Below, piece by piece: positions 7,502 to 16,327 of a stretch of DNA of 37,810 bases. Position numbers and translations under genes: made by a program. This DNA comes from an uncultured Desulfurococcaceae archaeon (GTDB lineage: Archaea > Thermoproteota > Thermoprotei_A > Sulfolobales > NBVN01): positions 1-37,810 of the forward strand of contig CAZUAD010000003.1 of the NCBI GenBank assembly GCA_964618155.1, in the 5' to 3' direction. The notes under the pieces were generated by a model, which saw only the letters and a program-made list of their open reading frames with translations, made no database searches and had not been told where the DNA came from. Numbering within the stretch: position 1 is the stretch's first letter; every line of letters starts with the position of its first letter.

Positions 7502-8369
7502 TAGTGAATACCTACTTCGCTTAGTGGTTAATATTATATCCCTAATCATTCTAGTAAGTGGTGTCATACTGGCATTAATTTCTAGAAAGCTTCCTATAAA
7601 TCCCTTCTTAGGCTTTAGGATAGGGTATGTATACATATCACGTAATATATGGATTAAAATGAATAAGTTAGCTGGAGTTGTTTTCGCATTCTTAGGTGCT
7701 ATCTTCCTAGTCATGCCATACATTATTGACGCGCTAGTTACCCTCATACTAATGTTATTCTCGATAATTGCAGTAACCATGATACTTATTGAGTATGCAT
7801 CAAAAATTGCGGAATTAGAACTCATAAAGTTACCTGCTAAGGAACGGGCCACCAAGCTTGAAAGAATTGAACCTTTATACCCATCAATACCTATTATAGC
7901 CCTACTAGTAGTCTCCATCTCCATATTCCTGTACTCGCTAATCGTACTATACCCACAACTACCTGAAGTAGTCGCTGTTCATTTTTCACTCTCAGGTGCT
8001 CCTGATAGGTATGGTAGTAAGATTGAATTACTTGCGGCGTCAATAGCTGGTCCTGCATTGTTCTATACCCTACTAGCGTATTTTACGTACTTAGGTGTTA
8101 AAAGACCTGAGGCATTCTATAAACCTTGGCTTAAACCTATTGAGGTACGTAGGTATGCTCTTTCATTAATTACTGCTTTAGCTCTTGGATCAATAATAGT
8201 GACCATAGCTATATATGATGCCATATACTATAACTTAACTAATACACACGTAGTTCCGTTATTACCGACAACTACGGTAATGATCTTAGCATTACTAGTC
8301 ATAATCGCATACATGCTCTTAGTAATAGTTAAAGCATATAGGAGATCAAGATACGTCAAAATACCATAA
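7494..8369 (+). CDS. membrane protein with SdpI-like and DUF1648-like segments
   Basis: The N-terminal part has INPFLGFRIGYVYISRNIWIKMNKLAG (SdpI/YhfL-like). The central part has LPEVVAVHFSLSGAPDRYGSKIELL (DUF1648-like). There are about 7 TM segments, and the ORF overlaps the padR stop by 8 nt. Confidence 0.65.
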   Translation: MNSSEYLLRLVVNIISLIILVSGVILALISRKLPINPFLGFRIGYVYISRNIWIKMNKLAGVVFAFLGAIFLVMPYIIDALVTLILMLFSIIAVTMILIEYASKIAELELIKLPAKERATKLERIEPLYPSIPIIALLVVSISIFLYSLIVLYPQLPEVVAVHFSLSGAPDRYGSKIELLAASIAGPALFYTLLAYFTYLGVKRPEAFYKPWLKPIEVRRYALSLITALALGSIIVTIAIYDAIYYNLTNTHVVPLLPTTTVMILALLVIIAYMLLVIVKAYRRSRYVKIP

Positions 8370-8443
8370 TTAAACATGCTCAAACTCTATAGGTCATAAA
8401 GGCTCTAGACATTCTTACACTATAAGTACTTTGGTAGGAAAAT

Positions 8444-8587
8444 ATGTTTACGCTACTAACACTCTCATTAATAGGTTTCGTTATAGGCTTATTCTGTGGT
8501 GCAATATTGGGAAAGAGCTTAATCAAAGGATTCTTATTAGGCGTTGCTTTAGCTATCGTTTTTCCTATAGCTTTCTTGATGCTATAA
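8444..8587 (+). CDS. hypothetical 47-aa two-TM mini-protein
   Basis: My own translation is MFTLLTLSLIGFVIGLFCGAILGKSLIKGFLLGVALAIVFPIAFLML*. GGTAGG lies 6 nt upstream of the ATG. It is more protein-like than the two long overlapping track ORFs (8380..8622 minus, 8431..8688 plus). Confidence 0.3.
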   Translation: MFTLLTLSLIGFVIGLFCGAILGKSLIKGFLLGVALAIVFPIAFLML

Positions 8588-8664
8588 TTTATCTTAATAA
8601 TTTTAATGATTGCCTTAGTCATGGTATTAGTAATAAGCTTAATGAAAGCATTAAGCTAGTAAGG

Positions 8665-8967
8665 CTAATACCTCCTTACCCTTGTTGATTGTCTTCTAAG
8701 TGTACTTGATATCAGATTTAAGGTGAGGATGAGTGAGTTAAGTATTAATAACGCCACATTAACCCATAACATCATATACATTACGTAATGCATTCTTAAG
8801 TCCAGATTATATTTCGGTTCATTAACTATTAACATAGCTAATATAAGGTTTATCGCTAATGCAAAAATACTTCCTAAAGTACCCCATTTATGTAGAATCG
8901 GTGTCAATATCGATATACTAAATAGCACAATTATCATCCACAGCATTAATTTAACCCCAAGGAACAC
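8665..8967 (-). CDS. hypothetical membrane protein (100 aa, ~3 TM)
   Basis: The call rests only on a hydrophobic ORF. I recognise no family. Confidence 0.4.
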   Translation of the reverse strand: MFLGVKLMLWMIIVLFSISILTPILHKWGTLGSIFALAINLILAMLIVNEPKYNLDLRMHYVMYMMLWVNVALLILNSLILTLNLISSTLRRQSTRVRRY

Positions 8968-9095
8968 TTACACCATGGAAAGATACAACTATGATCAATA
9001 TATTACTACAACATTGAGAGAAAATTTCAAATTTGCTCCTTTTAATGAAAGAAGGTTTGGGCTTAAAATGTGATGTCTTAAGGACGTAAACGCTT

Positions 9096-10814
9096 TTAAC
9101 CTGTCTTATATATTGTCCAGTAAGGCATTAACATTACTGGTCCTATCTTTATTCCTTCAACGTTCTTATGGACTACAACTAATAGCTTACCTTGGAGTAT
9201 AGGTATGAATGGTGCATCTTCAGCTAATAGCTCTTGCACCTTCTTATACAGCTTAGCTCTTTCATCTTTATCTATGAGTACTGATGCTTCATCCAACAGC
9301 TTATTAACTTCAGGATTACTGTAACCTGTACCTGTCCACTTATTTGCTTCACTATGTAGGAATGGGTATAGGAAGTCATCAGGATCCACGTAGTCTGGAT
9401 ACCATCCTAGTAAGCATACCATCATCTGGCCCTTCCTTAACTGGTCAACATAGGTAGCCCACTCACTACTCTTAATTTCAACCTCAATTACACCAGTAGC
9501 TTCTAATTGCTCCTTAATCAATTGCGCTAGATCAGCTTCTGTGTCTCCGTAATGTGTTGGTGTATACCATAAAACTATATGCAGCTTATTTGACTCACTA
9601 TATCCTGCTTGTGCTAATAACTTCTTAGCTAACTCTATATTTCCATCACCATATTTCTCCTTAAACACGTCAACATGGCTCCATAGACCCTTAGGTACTA
9701 AGCTATATAGTGGCTCCATGGTGTCAAGAAATACTACCTTAGCTAGTTGAGGTCTATTAATGGCTGCAGCTATTGCCTGTCTAACTAGCTTATTGTTCGT
9801 AGGCTCCATCTTAGTATTTATTACTAGGTATCTAATGAATGACCCAGGTATCTCTATCATCTTATAGTTTGGATTCTTAGCTAGGTCTTTATAGTCAGTA
9901 GGTCTTAACGTCCTCCAAGCAACATCCACTTCACCTCTTTCAAAGGCTAACCTTAATGTCGCGGCATCCTTGTAGAACCTTATAATTATTCTTTCAGATT
10001 TAGGCGGCTTACCGTAGTAGTATGGATTAGCCTTTAGTACTATGTATTGATCTCTCTTGAAGTCCTCGATACAGTAGGGTCCAGCTCCACCCCATGTTGC
10101 ATCACTAGCTATTTCATCTGGTGGGTAGTTTGGATGTACTGGGAAATATGGTGGTGTGGCTACTAAAGCTAAGAAGTAGCTAACGGGCTTCTTCAATGTA
10201 AACTTAACTATGTATTTGTCTATGGCCTCAACATCCTCAACGAATGTCGTCACTAACCATGCCGGATCACCATTTATCTTCATAACCCTCTTAATGCTCC
10301 TTACGATGTCCTCAGCTGTTACCGGCGTTCCATCACAGAATTTAACGTCTTTCCTTAAATAGAATATCCATACCTTACCACCCTCCTTAACCTCCCATCT
10401 CTCAGCTATTGCTGGGATTATCTCATCAGTTCCGGGCTTGTACTTAACGAGACCATCCATAATGTTACTTAGTACCTCCCATGTGAAGAAGTCGTAAGCG
10501 TTACTTGGATCCATATCCGTAACCTTATCCGTAGTCCCTATAACTATCTTCTTTGTCACATATGTTGGCTTTGGTTTAGTAGCAGTAGGTGTTTGAGTCA
10601 CAGTTACCGTCGTTATAGCTGAAGTTGTTATAGTTTTAGTTACCGTTACTGTCTTTGTTACAGCACCTAAGGTTGTTGTTACTGTCTTAGTTACGGTGAA
10701 CGTCTGAGTTACTGCTGGTTTAGCGCTACCAGCTAGATATCCTGCAACACCTGCTATTATTATCAATATTGCTAATACCACATACACGATCTTAGGCTCA
10801 ACCATTATGTACAC
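9096..10814 (-). CDS. ABC transporter substrate-binding protein, family 5 (Opp/Dpp class), membrane-anchored with Thr-rich linker
   Basis: It has an N-terminal TM helix, then a T/V/K-rich linker, then an SBP_bac_5-like core (WEVKEGGKVWIFYLRKDVKFCDGTPVTAEDIVRS, GAGPY, WYPDY). An alternative ATG lies at 10805. Confidence 0.9.
   Translation of the reverse strand: MYIMVEPKIVYVVLAILIIIAGVAGYLAGSAKPAVTQTFTVTKTVTTTLGAVTKTVTVTKTITTSAITTVTVTQTPTATKPKPTYVTKKIVIGTTDKVTDMDPSNAYDFFTWEVLSNIMDGLVKYKPGTDEIIPAIAERWEVKEGGKVWIFYLRKDVKFCDGTPVTAEDIVRSIKRVMKINGDPAWLVTTFVEDVEAIDKYIVKFTLKKPVSYFLALVATPPYFPVHPNYPPDEIASDATWGGAGPYCIEDFKRDQYIVLKANPYYYGKPPKSERIIIRFYKDAATLRLAFERGEVDVAWRTLRPTDYKDLAKNPNYKMIEIPGSFIRYLVINTKMEPTNNKLVRQAIAAAINRPQLAKVVFLDTMEPLYSLVPKGLWSHVDVFKEKYGDGNIELAKKLLAQAGYSESNKLHIVLWYTPTHYGDTEADLAQLIKEQLEATGVIEVEIKSSEWATYVDQLRKGQMMVCLLGWYPDYVDPDDFLYPFLHSEANKWTGTGYSNPEVNKLLDEASVLIDKDERAKLYKKVQELLAEDAPFIPILQGKLLVVVHKNVEGIKIGPVMLMPYWTIYKTG
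10563..10709 (-). repeat. imperfect Thr/Val-codon repeats encoding the binding-protein linker (TVTKTVT...TVTVTKTITT...TVTVTQTPTATKPKP)
   Basis: It was read from the translation and from the recurring gttac(c/t)gt-like DNA units. Confidence 0.6.
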
Positions 10815-10840
10815 CCTACAATAATCCCTTAAGGCTGTGG

Positions 10841-10854
10841 TTTATAAAATTTTA
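10841..10854 (-). promoter_or_regulatory. TATA-like element (tttataaaatttta) for the binding-protein gene
   Basis: It lies 27-40 nt upstream of the GTG/ATG starts at 10814/10805, in the divergent intergenic region. Confidence 0.35.
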
Positions 10855-10914
10855 AGTCCTACATCAACTCTCTTAAAACTCTATACTAAGAATTACGGTA
10901 TCACAAAATGAAGG

Positions 10915-10925
10915 CTATTTATACT
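10915..10925 (+). promoter_or_regulatory. TATA-like element (ctatttatact) for the permease/ATPase/glycosidase operon
   Basis: It ends 29 nt upstream of the GTG at 10954, which suggests a leaderless or short-leader transcript. Confidence 0.35.
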
Positions 10926-10953
10926 CAATACCCCACTACCTCTGGGTGTCTGT

Positions 10954-11964
10954 GTGGGCTTAGGTAGGTATATAGCGACGAGGGCATTACTGATAATACC
11001 TACGATACTAATACTCTATACCCTAGTATTCATAGTTTTAAGGATATTGCCAGGTAATCCCGTAATAGCCGTATTGGGAACTAAGAATATACCTCCAGAA
11101 CAGCTGGAGCAGCTTATGGAGGAACTAGGCCTTAACAAACCATTATATGTTCAATACTTTGAATATCTATGGAATGTCCTTCACGGAGACTTCGGCACTA
11201 GTATGATAATTAGGGGTAGGAGCATTACTCAGGATATACTAGAGAGGTTACCAGCAACGATAGAGCTATCAGTAGTAGGCATATTGATTAGCCTAGCAAT
11301 AGGGCTAACTACAGGGATAGCAGCTGCTGTTAAAAAGGACTCACCAATTGATACAGGTCTAAGGATGTTTGGAGCAGTAACATACACACTCTTCATACCA
11401 TGGGTAGGTCTTATATTCCAGCTCGTTCTCGGAGTATGGCTTCACCTACTCCCGGTTAGTGGTAGGATAGACCCAAGTGTTCAATTAAAACCCATAACAG
11501 GTTTCTACATCATCGACTCAATAATAACACAGAATTGGGAGGCTTTGAAGAGCTCCCTAGCGCATATAATCCTACCAGCATTTACGTTAGGACTGGTATT
11601 AAGCGGTCCATATACAAGGCTTGTGAGGGGCAATCTCATAAGGCAGCTTGAGTCAAACTATGTATTTGCCTACATAGCTAGGGGTGTTAGAGATAGGAAA
11701 GTGCTTAAGCATGCATTAAGAAATGCATTAATACCTGTAGTTACTTACGCTGGACTACAGTTTGCACTACTACTAGGTGGTGCAGTGCTTACTGAAACAA
11801 CCTATGACTGGCCTGGGATAGGTACATATCTTGTCGAGAAAGTGAACTATAGGGACTATCCAGCAGTTCAGGCAGTTGTTATTGTCTTTGCATTCTTTGT
11901 AGGTCTCATAAGCTTAATCGTGGATCTGATTTACGCACTGTTAGATCCTAGGATTAGGTACTAA
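10954..11964 (+). CDS. ABC permease, DppB/OppB type
   Basis: It has six-TM architecture, YIARGVRDRKVLKHALRNALIPVVT (EAA loop) and a C-terminal LLDPRIRY. Confidence 0.9.
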   Translation: MGLGRYIATRALLIIPTILILYTLVFIVLRILPGNPVIAVLGTKNIPPEQLEQLMEELGLNKPLYVQYFEYLWNVLHGDFGTSMIIRGRSITQDILERLPATIELSVVGILISLAIGLTTGIAAAVKKDSPIDTGLRMFGAVTYTLFIPWVGLIFQLVLGVWLHLLPVSGRIDPSVQLKPITGFYIIDSIITQNWEALKSSLAHIILPAFTLGLVLSGPYTRLVRGNLIRQLESNYVFAYIARGVRDRKVLKHALRNALIPVVTYAGLQFALLLGGAVLTETTYDWPGIGTYLVEKVNYRDYPAVQAVVIVFAFFVGLISLIVDLIYALLDPRIRY

Positions 11965-11973
11965 GGTGATGGT

Positions 11974-12843
11974 ATGGAGTTGTTAGGTAAATTACTAGCT
12001 AAATTCGTAAGAATCGCTATACCCTTAACATTACCCTCTAGAGGTCGTGTAATGATTTACGTAGGTTTAGGCATAGTAATTGCTGTAATCTTCATGGCAT
12101 TAGCTGCACCATTACTAACACCATATCCTCCCACGAGAAGTGTTGATGACCCATTCTTGCCACCGAGTCCCAAGCATCCATGCGGTACGAATAAGCTCGG
12201 AATGGATATGTGGTCACGTATAGTTTACGGTGCTAGAACGGTACTTTACGTTGTTTTCTCTGCCATAATTCTAAGCATGGTCGTGGGTATACCATTAGGG
12301 TTAATAAGCGGGTATGTAGGCGGCAAGCTGGATAGGGTCCTAAGTATGGTTATGGACGCCATATACGCATTCCCCAGCCTAGTACTAGCAATAACCTTAG
12401 CGGTGGCGTTAGGACGTAGCTTAATTAATGCTGCCATAGCTATAGCAGTTGTTTATGTTCCCACGTACTTCAGAATGGTTCGCGGCCAAGTACTAAGCAT
12501 TAAGGAGGAGTTATTTATTGAAATGGCTAAAGTGCTTGGTGTACCAACTCATAGAATCTTATCTAGGCACATACTACCACACCTAATACCTACAATAATG
12601 GTGGTCTTCAGTTTAAGTGCTACGGATGCCGTCTTAACTGAAGCCGCCTTAAGCTACTTAGGTCTATCGGTCGAGTTCCCAACACCTGACTGGGGCTATG
12701 ACCTATATAGGGGAAAGGGATTCGTCTTATCTGGTTACTGGTGGCTAATATTCTTCCCTGGATTAATGATTACATTACTAGCAGCTGGGTTTGCTTTGAT
12801 AGGTGAAGGTCTTAGTGAGCAAGTTAGAAGGGAGGTGGCTTAG
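11974..12843 (+). CDS. ABC permease, DppC/OppC type
   Basis: Recognised motifs are GTNKLGMDMWSRIVYGART and EMAKVLGVPTHRILSRHILPHLIPT. Confidence 0.9.
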   Translation: MELLGKLLAKFVRIAIPLTLPSRGRVMIYVGLGIVIAVIFMALAAPLLTPYPPTRSVDDPFLPPSPKHPCGTNKLGMDMWSRIVYGARTVLYVVFSAIILSMVVGIPLGLISGYVGGKLDRVLSMVMDAIYAFPSLVLAITLAVALGRSLINAAIAIAVVYVPTYFRMVRGQVLSIKEELFIEMAKVLGVPTHRILSRHILPHLIPTIMVVFSLSATDAVLTEAALSYLGLSVEFPTPDWGYDLYRGKGFVLSGYWWLIFFPGLMITLLAAGFALIGEGLSEQVRREVA

Positions 12844-12845
12844 AG

Positions 12846-13799
12846 TTGAGACCCATACTTCAGGTTAACAATTTGACCGTTTACTACTTCACGAGGAAGG
12901 GAGTTGTTAGAGCCGTAGACGGTGTATCATTGGAAGCATTCCCTCAAGACCACATAGCGTTAGTAGGTGAGTCTGGATGCGGTAAAACAACGTTAGGCTA
13001 CGCCCTACTTAACATGGTCCCACCACCAGGTAAGATCATTAGTGGGGAGGTAGTAATTGATAACGTTAATATAACTAAGTTAAGAGGTGAGGAGTTAAGA
13101 AAGGTACGTGGTTCTCTTATATCTATGGTCTTCCAAGACCCCTTTACAACATTAGATCCCGTCAGAAAAGTAGGCGATCAAATAATTGAGGTATTGATGG
13201 AGCATGGAGTGCCTAAGGATGAAGCTAGAGCTAAAGCCTATAACTTATTGAGGTCCGTAGGACTTCATGATAGATTCATGAATGCCTACCCGCATCAACT
13301 ATCTGGGGGTCAGAGGCAGAGGGTATCAATTGCTATGGCTATAGCATTAAAGCCTAAGGTACTCGTTGCTGATGAACCTACAACAGCATTAGATGTAGTT
13401 GTTCAAAGACAGATCATGGATCTACTTGACAGCATAAGGTTATCAGGTATGACCATAATATTCATAACACATGATATAGCATTAGCATCTGAAAGAGCTA
13501 CTAAGATAGCAGTAATGTATGCAGGAAAGATAGTTGAGTTTGGGCCTAAGGAGAGAGTCATGAGCAATCCACTACATCCTTATACTAAGGCATTAATATC
13601 CTCAGTACCTGGTCTTAAGAAGAGTATATGGCCCAAACCTATTCCCGGTCTGCCACCTGATCTAAGGAATCCACCTAGGGGTTGTAGGTTCAATCCTAGA
13701 TGCCCCTATGCTGGTGACGTATGCTACGTAAGGGAACCTAAAATGGTTGAAGTAGAACCTCAACACTATGTTGCATGTCATATCTATTCCAATAGGTGA
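12846..13799 (+). CDS. ABC transporter ATP-binding protein, DppD/OppD type
   Basis: It has Walker A GESGCGKTT, signature LSGGQRQR, Walker B LVADEPT and H-loop ITHD. It also has the C-terminal oligopeptide-type domain with CRFNPRCPY...HYVACH. Confidence 0.92.
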   Translation: MRPILQVNNLTVYYFTRKGVVRAVDGVSLEAFPQDHIALVGESGCGKTTLGYALLNMVPPPGKIISGEVVIDNVNITKLRGEELRKVRGSLISMVFQDPFTTLDPVRKVGDQIIEVLMEHGVPKDEARAKAYNLLRSVGLHDRFMNAYPHQLSGGQRQRVSIAMAIALKPKVLVADEPTTALDVVVQRQIMDLLDSIRLSGMTIIFITHDIALASERATKIAVMYAGKIVEFGPKERVMSNPLHPYTKALISSVPGLKKSIWPKPIPGLPPDLRNPPRGCRFNPRCPYAGDVCYVREPKMVEVEPQHYVACHIYSNR

Positions 13800-13805
13800 T
13801 ATTTC

Positions 13806-14777
13806 ATGGACGAACCATTACTAAAGGTCATTAACATCAAAAAGTACTTTGAAGTAGGTTTAATAGGTAGTAAAAGGTTAATTAAGGCTGTTGATGGTGT
13901 AACCTTTAATGTAAGACGTGGTGAGACCTTAGGACTTGTTGGTGAGTCAGGTTGTGGAAAGTCAACATTAGGCAGAGTTATATTGAGAATATATAAGCCA
14001 ACATCTGGTAAGGTGTTCTTTAATGGTGTTGACATAACCGACATGCCTGAGCGAAAATTAAGGAGGTTAAGGAGGAGAATGCAAATGATACCTCAAGATC
14101 CTTATGCTAGCTTCAACCCCTTAAGAAGTGTTGGTGACGCACTCATAGAGCCCTTATTAATCCATGGTATAGCATCGATTGAGGAGGCTAAGAGATTAGC
14201 TTTGGAGATGTTGGAGAGAATAGGGTTGGTACCAGCTGAGGAGTTCTTTGATAGAAGACCGTATCAATTTAGTGGTGGTCAATTACAAAGGATCGCCATA
14301 GCTAGGGCCATGCTCCTTAAACCCGATTTAGTGGTTGCTGATGAGCCTACATCAAGTCTTGACGTATCTGTAAGAGCGTCTATACTAGACCTGCTAAAAG
14401 AGTTTAAAGAGAGGTATAACCAAGCTCTAATATTCATTACTCATGATCTAGCACTAGCTAAGCTCATATCTGATAGGTTAGCAGTAATGTATCTAGGCAA
14501 GATAGTTGAGATAGGGCTAACTAATGAGTTAGTTGAGGATCCTAAACATCCATATACTTTAGCATTACTTACAGCAATACCTAAGATAGATGACTACAAA
14601 CCTAGGGAGGAGGTTATACTTAAGGGTGAGGTACCTGATGCGTCAAAGGTGCCTAAGGGATGTAGATTACATCCTAGGTGCCCTTATGCTATGGATATAT
14701 GTAGGGTTAAGGAACCACCAATGGTTAAGGTAGGTAAGGACCATTACGTAGCTTGTTGGAGACTTTTAAGGAAGTGA
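13806..14777 (+). CDS. ABC transporter ATP-binding protein, DppF/OppF type
   Basis: It has Walker A GESGCGKST, signature FSGGQLQR, Walker B VVADEPT and ITHD. The C-terminal domain has CRLHPRCPY...HYVACW. Confidence 0.92.
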   Translation: MDEPLLKVINIKKYFEVGLIGSKRLIKAVDGVTFNVRRGETLGLVGESGCGKSTLGRVILRIYKPTSGKVFFNGVDITDMPERKLRRLRRRMQMIPQDPYASFNPLRSVGDALIEPLLIHGIASIEEAKRLALEMLERIGLVPAEEFFDRRPYQFSGGQLQRIAIARAMLLKPDLVVADEPTSSLDVSVRASILDLLKEFKERYNQALIFITHDLALAKLISDRLAVMYLGKIVEIGLTNELVEDPKHPYTLALLTAIPKIDDYKPREEVILKGEVPDASKVPKGCRLHPRCPYAMDICRVKEPPMVKVGKDHYVACWRLLRK

Positions 14778-14826
14778 TTAATGCTTTATACATAAAAGGT
14801 CCTTCGTGAATTATTTAATGATATGT

Positions 14827-16251
14827 ATGAAGGCTATAAAACTACCCTCTAAACTATCCTTAGGTATTTCACAATCCGGATTTCAATTCGAAATGGGTGT
14901 TAAGGGTTCTGAGGATAGGAATAGTGATTGGTGGGTTTGGACTCATGACCCAGATAACATAGCATTAGGTATTGTTAGCGGCGACTTACCTGAGAATGGA
15001 CCTGGTTATTGGGATCTCTATCACGTAGATCACGACATAATGGAGTGGCTGGGTGTTGAGATATTAAGGATAGGTATTGAGTGGTCTAGAATATTCCCTA
15101 AGCCTACATATGAAGTAAGTGTAGATTATGAACTTAAGGGTAATTCATTAGTATATGTGGATGTTAAGGAAAGTTCGCTTAGAAAACTTGATGAGTTAGC
15201 AAATAGGACTGCAGTACGTAGGTACCGAGAGATAGTAAGTGATTGGAAGAGAAGGGGTAAGGTTCTAATAGTTAATTTAAACCATTTCACTTTACCCATA
15301 TGGATTCATGATCCGCTAAGACCTCGATACCATGGACTTAATGATTTTGATAAGTGGCCTAGTGGGTGGCTAAATGTAAGGTCTGCTATCGAGTACGTAA
15401 AGTATGCTGCATACGTTGCCTGGAGCTTAAGCGATATGGTTGATATGTGGTCAACATTTAATGAGCCTATAGCCTACCTAACAGCTAGCTATATTAATCC
15501 TTATAAAGGGTTTCCTCCAGGAATATTCTCACCTAACGCCTTCACCACCGGATTTTTAAATATTATCCAAGCACACGCCAGAGCTTATGAAGTACTGAAA
15601 GAGCTTACAGGTAAGCCTATAGGTATCATCCACGTTATGCCTTACATAATGGGGTTAAATGGTGGAGGTGATTATGTTGAGAGAGCTAAGTACTTATTAA
15701 ATTTCTCACTTCTTGAATCATTAATCAACGGAAGGCTTCTTAATGGTGAGGTAAGAGATGATTTAAGAGGTAAGGTTGATTGGTTAGGTCTAAACTACTA
15801 CACTAGACTCGTAGTCTCAGATAGTAGATCATGGCTTAGATTTAGACCTATTAAGGGTTATGGTGCCTTATGTAGGTGCATGGATAGATCGCTTGAGGGG
15901 AGGATCGTCGCTGATAATGGCTGGGAGGTATATCCTGAGGGTCTATATCACGTATTGAAGGAGACGTACCTAAGGTATGGGTTACCTATATACATAACAG
16001 AGAATGGAGTAGCTGATGAAGAGGATAGAATAAGACCTAACTTCATCTTATCACACATAGAGCAGGTAAGTAAGGCAATATCAGAAGGTGTTGACGTTAA
16101 AGCCTACATGTATTGGTCCCTAGTAGATAATTATGAATGGGCACAAGGATTTAAGATGAAGTTCGGACTCTTCAAAGTAAATCATAGAACCAAAGAAAGA
16201 ATACCAAGACCTAGTGCATACGTATTTAGATCATTAGCTAAGGCTAAATAG
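14827..16251 (+). CDS. glycoside hydrolase family 1 beta-glycosidase (LacS-like)
   Basis: It aligns by eye with Sulfolobus LacS. Matching features are GISQSGFQFEMG, SGDLPENGPGYW, the acid/base TFNEP and the nucleophile YITENG, plus WSLVDNYEWAQGF. The start is taken at the ATG at 14827; the track ORF begins at a GTG at 14806. Confidence 0.92.
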   Translation: MKAIKLPSKLSLGISQSGFQFEMGVKGSEDRNSDWWVWTHDPDNIALGIVSGDLPENGPGYWDLYHVDHDIMEWLGVEILRIGIEWSRIFPKPTYEVSVDYELKGNSLVYVDVKESSLRKLDELANRTAVRRYREIVSDWKRRGKVLIVNLNHFTLPIWIHDPLRPRYHGLNDFDKWPSGWLNVRSAIEYVKYAAYVAWSLSDMVDMWSTFNEPIAYLTASYINPYKGFPPGIFSPNAFTTGFLNIIQAHARAYEVLKELTGKPIGIIHVMPYIMGLNGGGDYVERAKYLLNFSLLESLINGRLLNGEVRDDLRGKVDWLGLNYYTRLVVSDSRSWLRFRPIKGYGALCRCMDRSLEGRIVADNGWEVYPEGLYHVLKETYLRYGLPIYITENGVADEEDRIRPNFILSHIEQVSKAISEGVDVKAYMYWSLVDNYEWAQGFKMKFGLFKVNHRTKERIPRPSAYVFRSLAKAK

Positions 16252-16327
16252 TACGTTTAAAGTAGTTAATGAAGGTATAGCACAGTATTTGGTAAAATGA
16301 ATCACTTAATAAATTCTCATGGAACGG

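Noticed and set aside
8380-8688. Track ORFs 8380..8622 (minus, 80 aa) and 8431..8688 (plus, 85 aa).
   Set aside because: The two overlap each other and have an odd composition rich in Ile/Lys/Asn or Arg/Cys/Phe. A shorter ORF in a third frame (8444..8587) gives a much more protein-like two-TM peptide. None of the three is certain.
10563-10709. A repetitive DNA stretch considered as a possible CRISPR-like or satellite repeat.
   Set aside because: It lies inside a long ORF and simply encodes the Thr/Val-rich linker. The units are short and imperfect, with no spacer structure. No CRISPR array was seen anywhere in the window.
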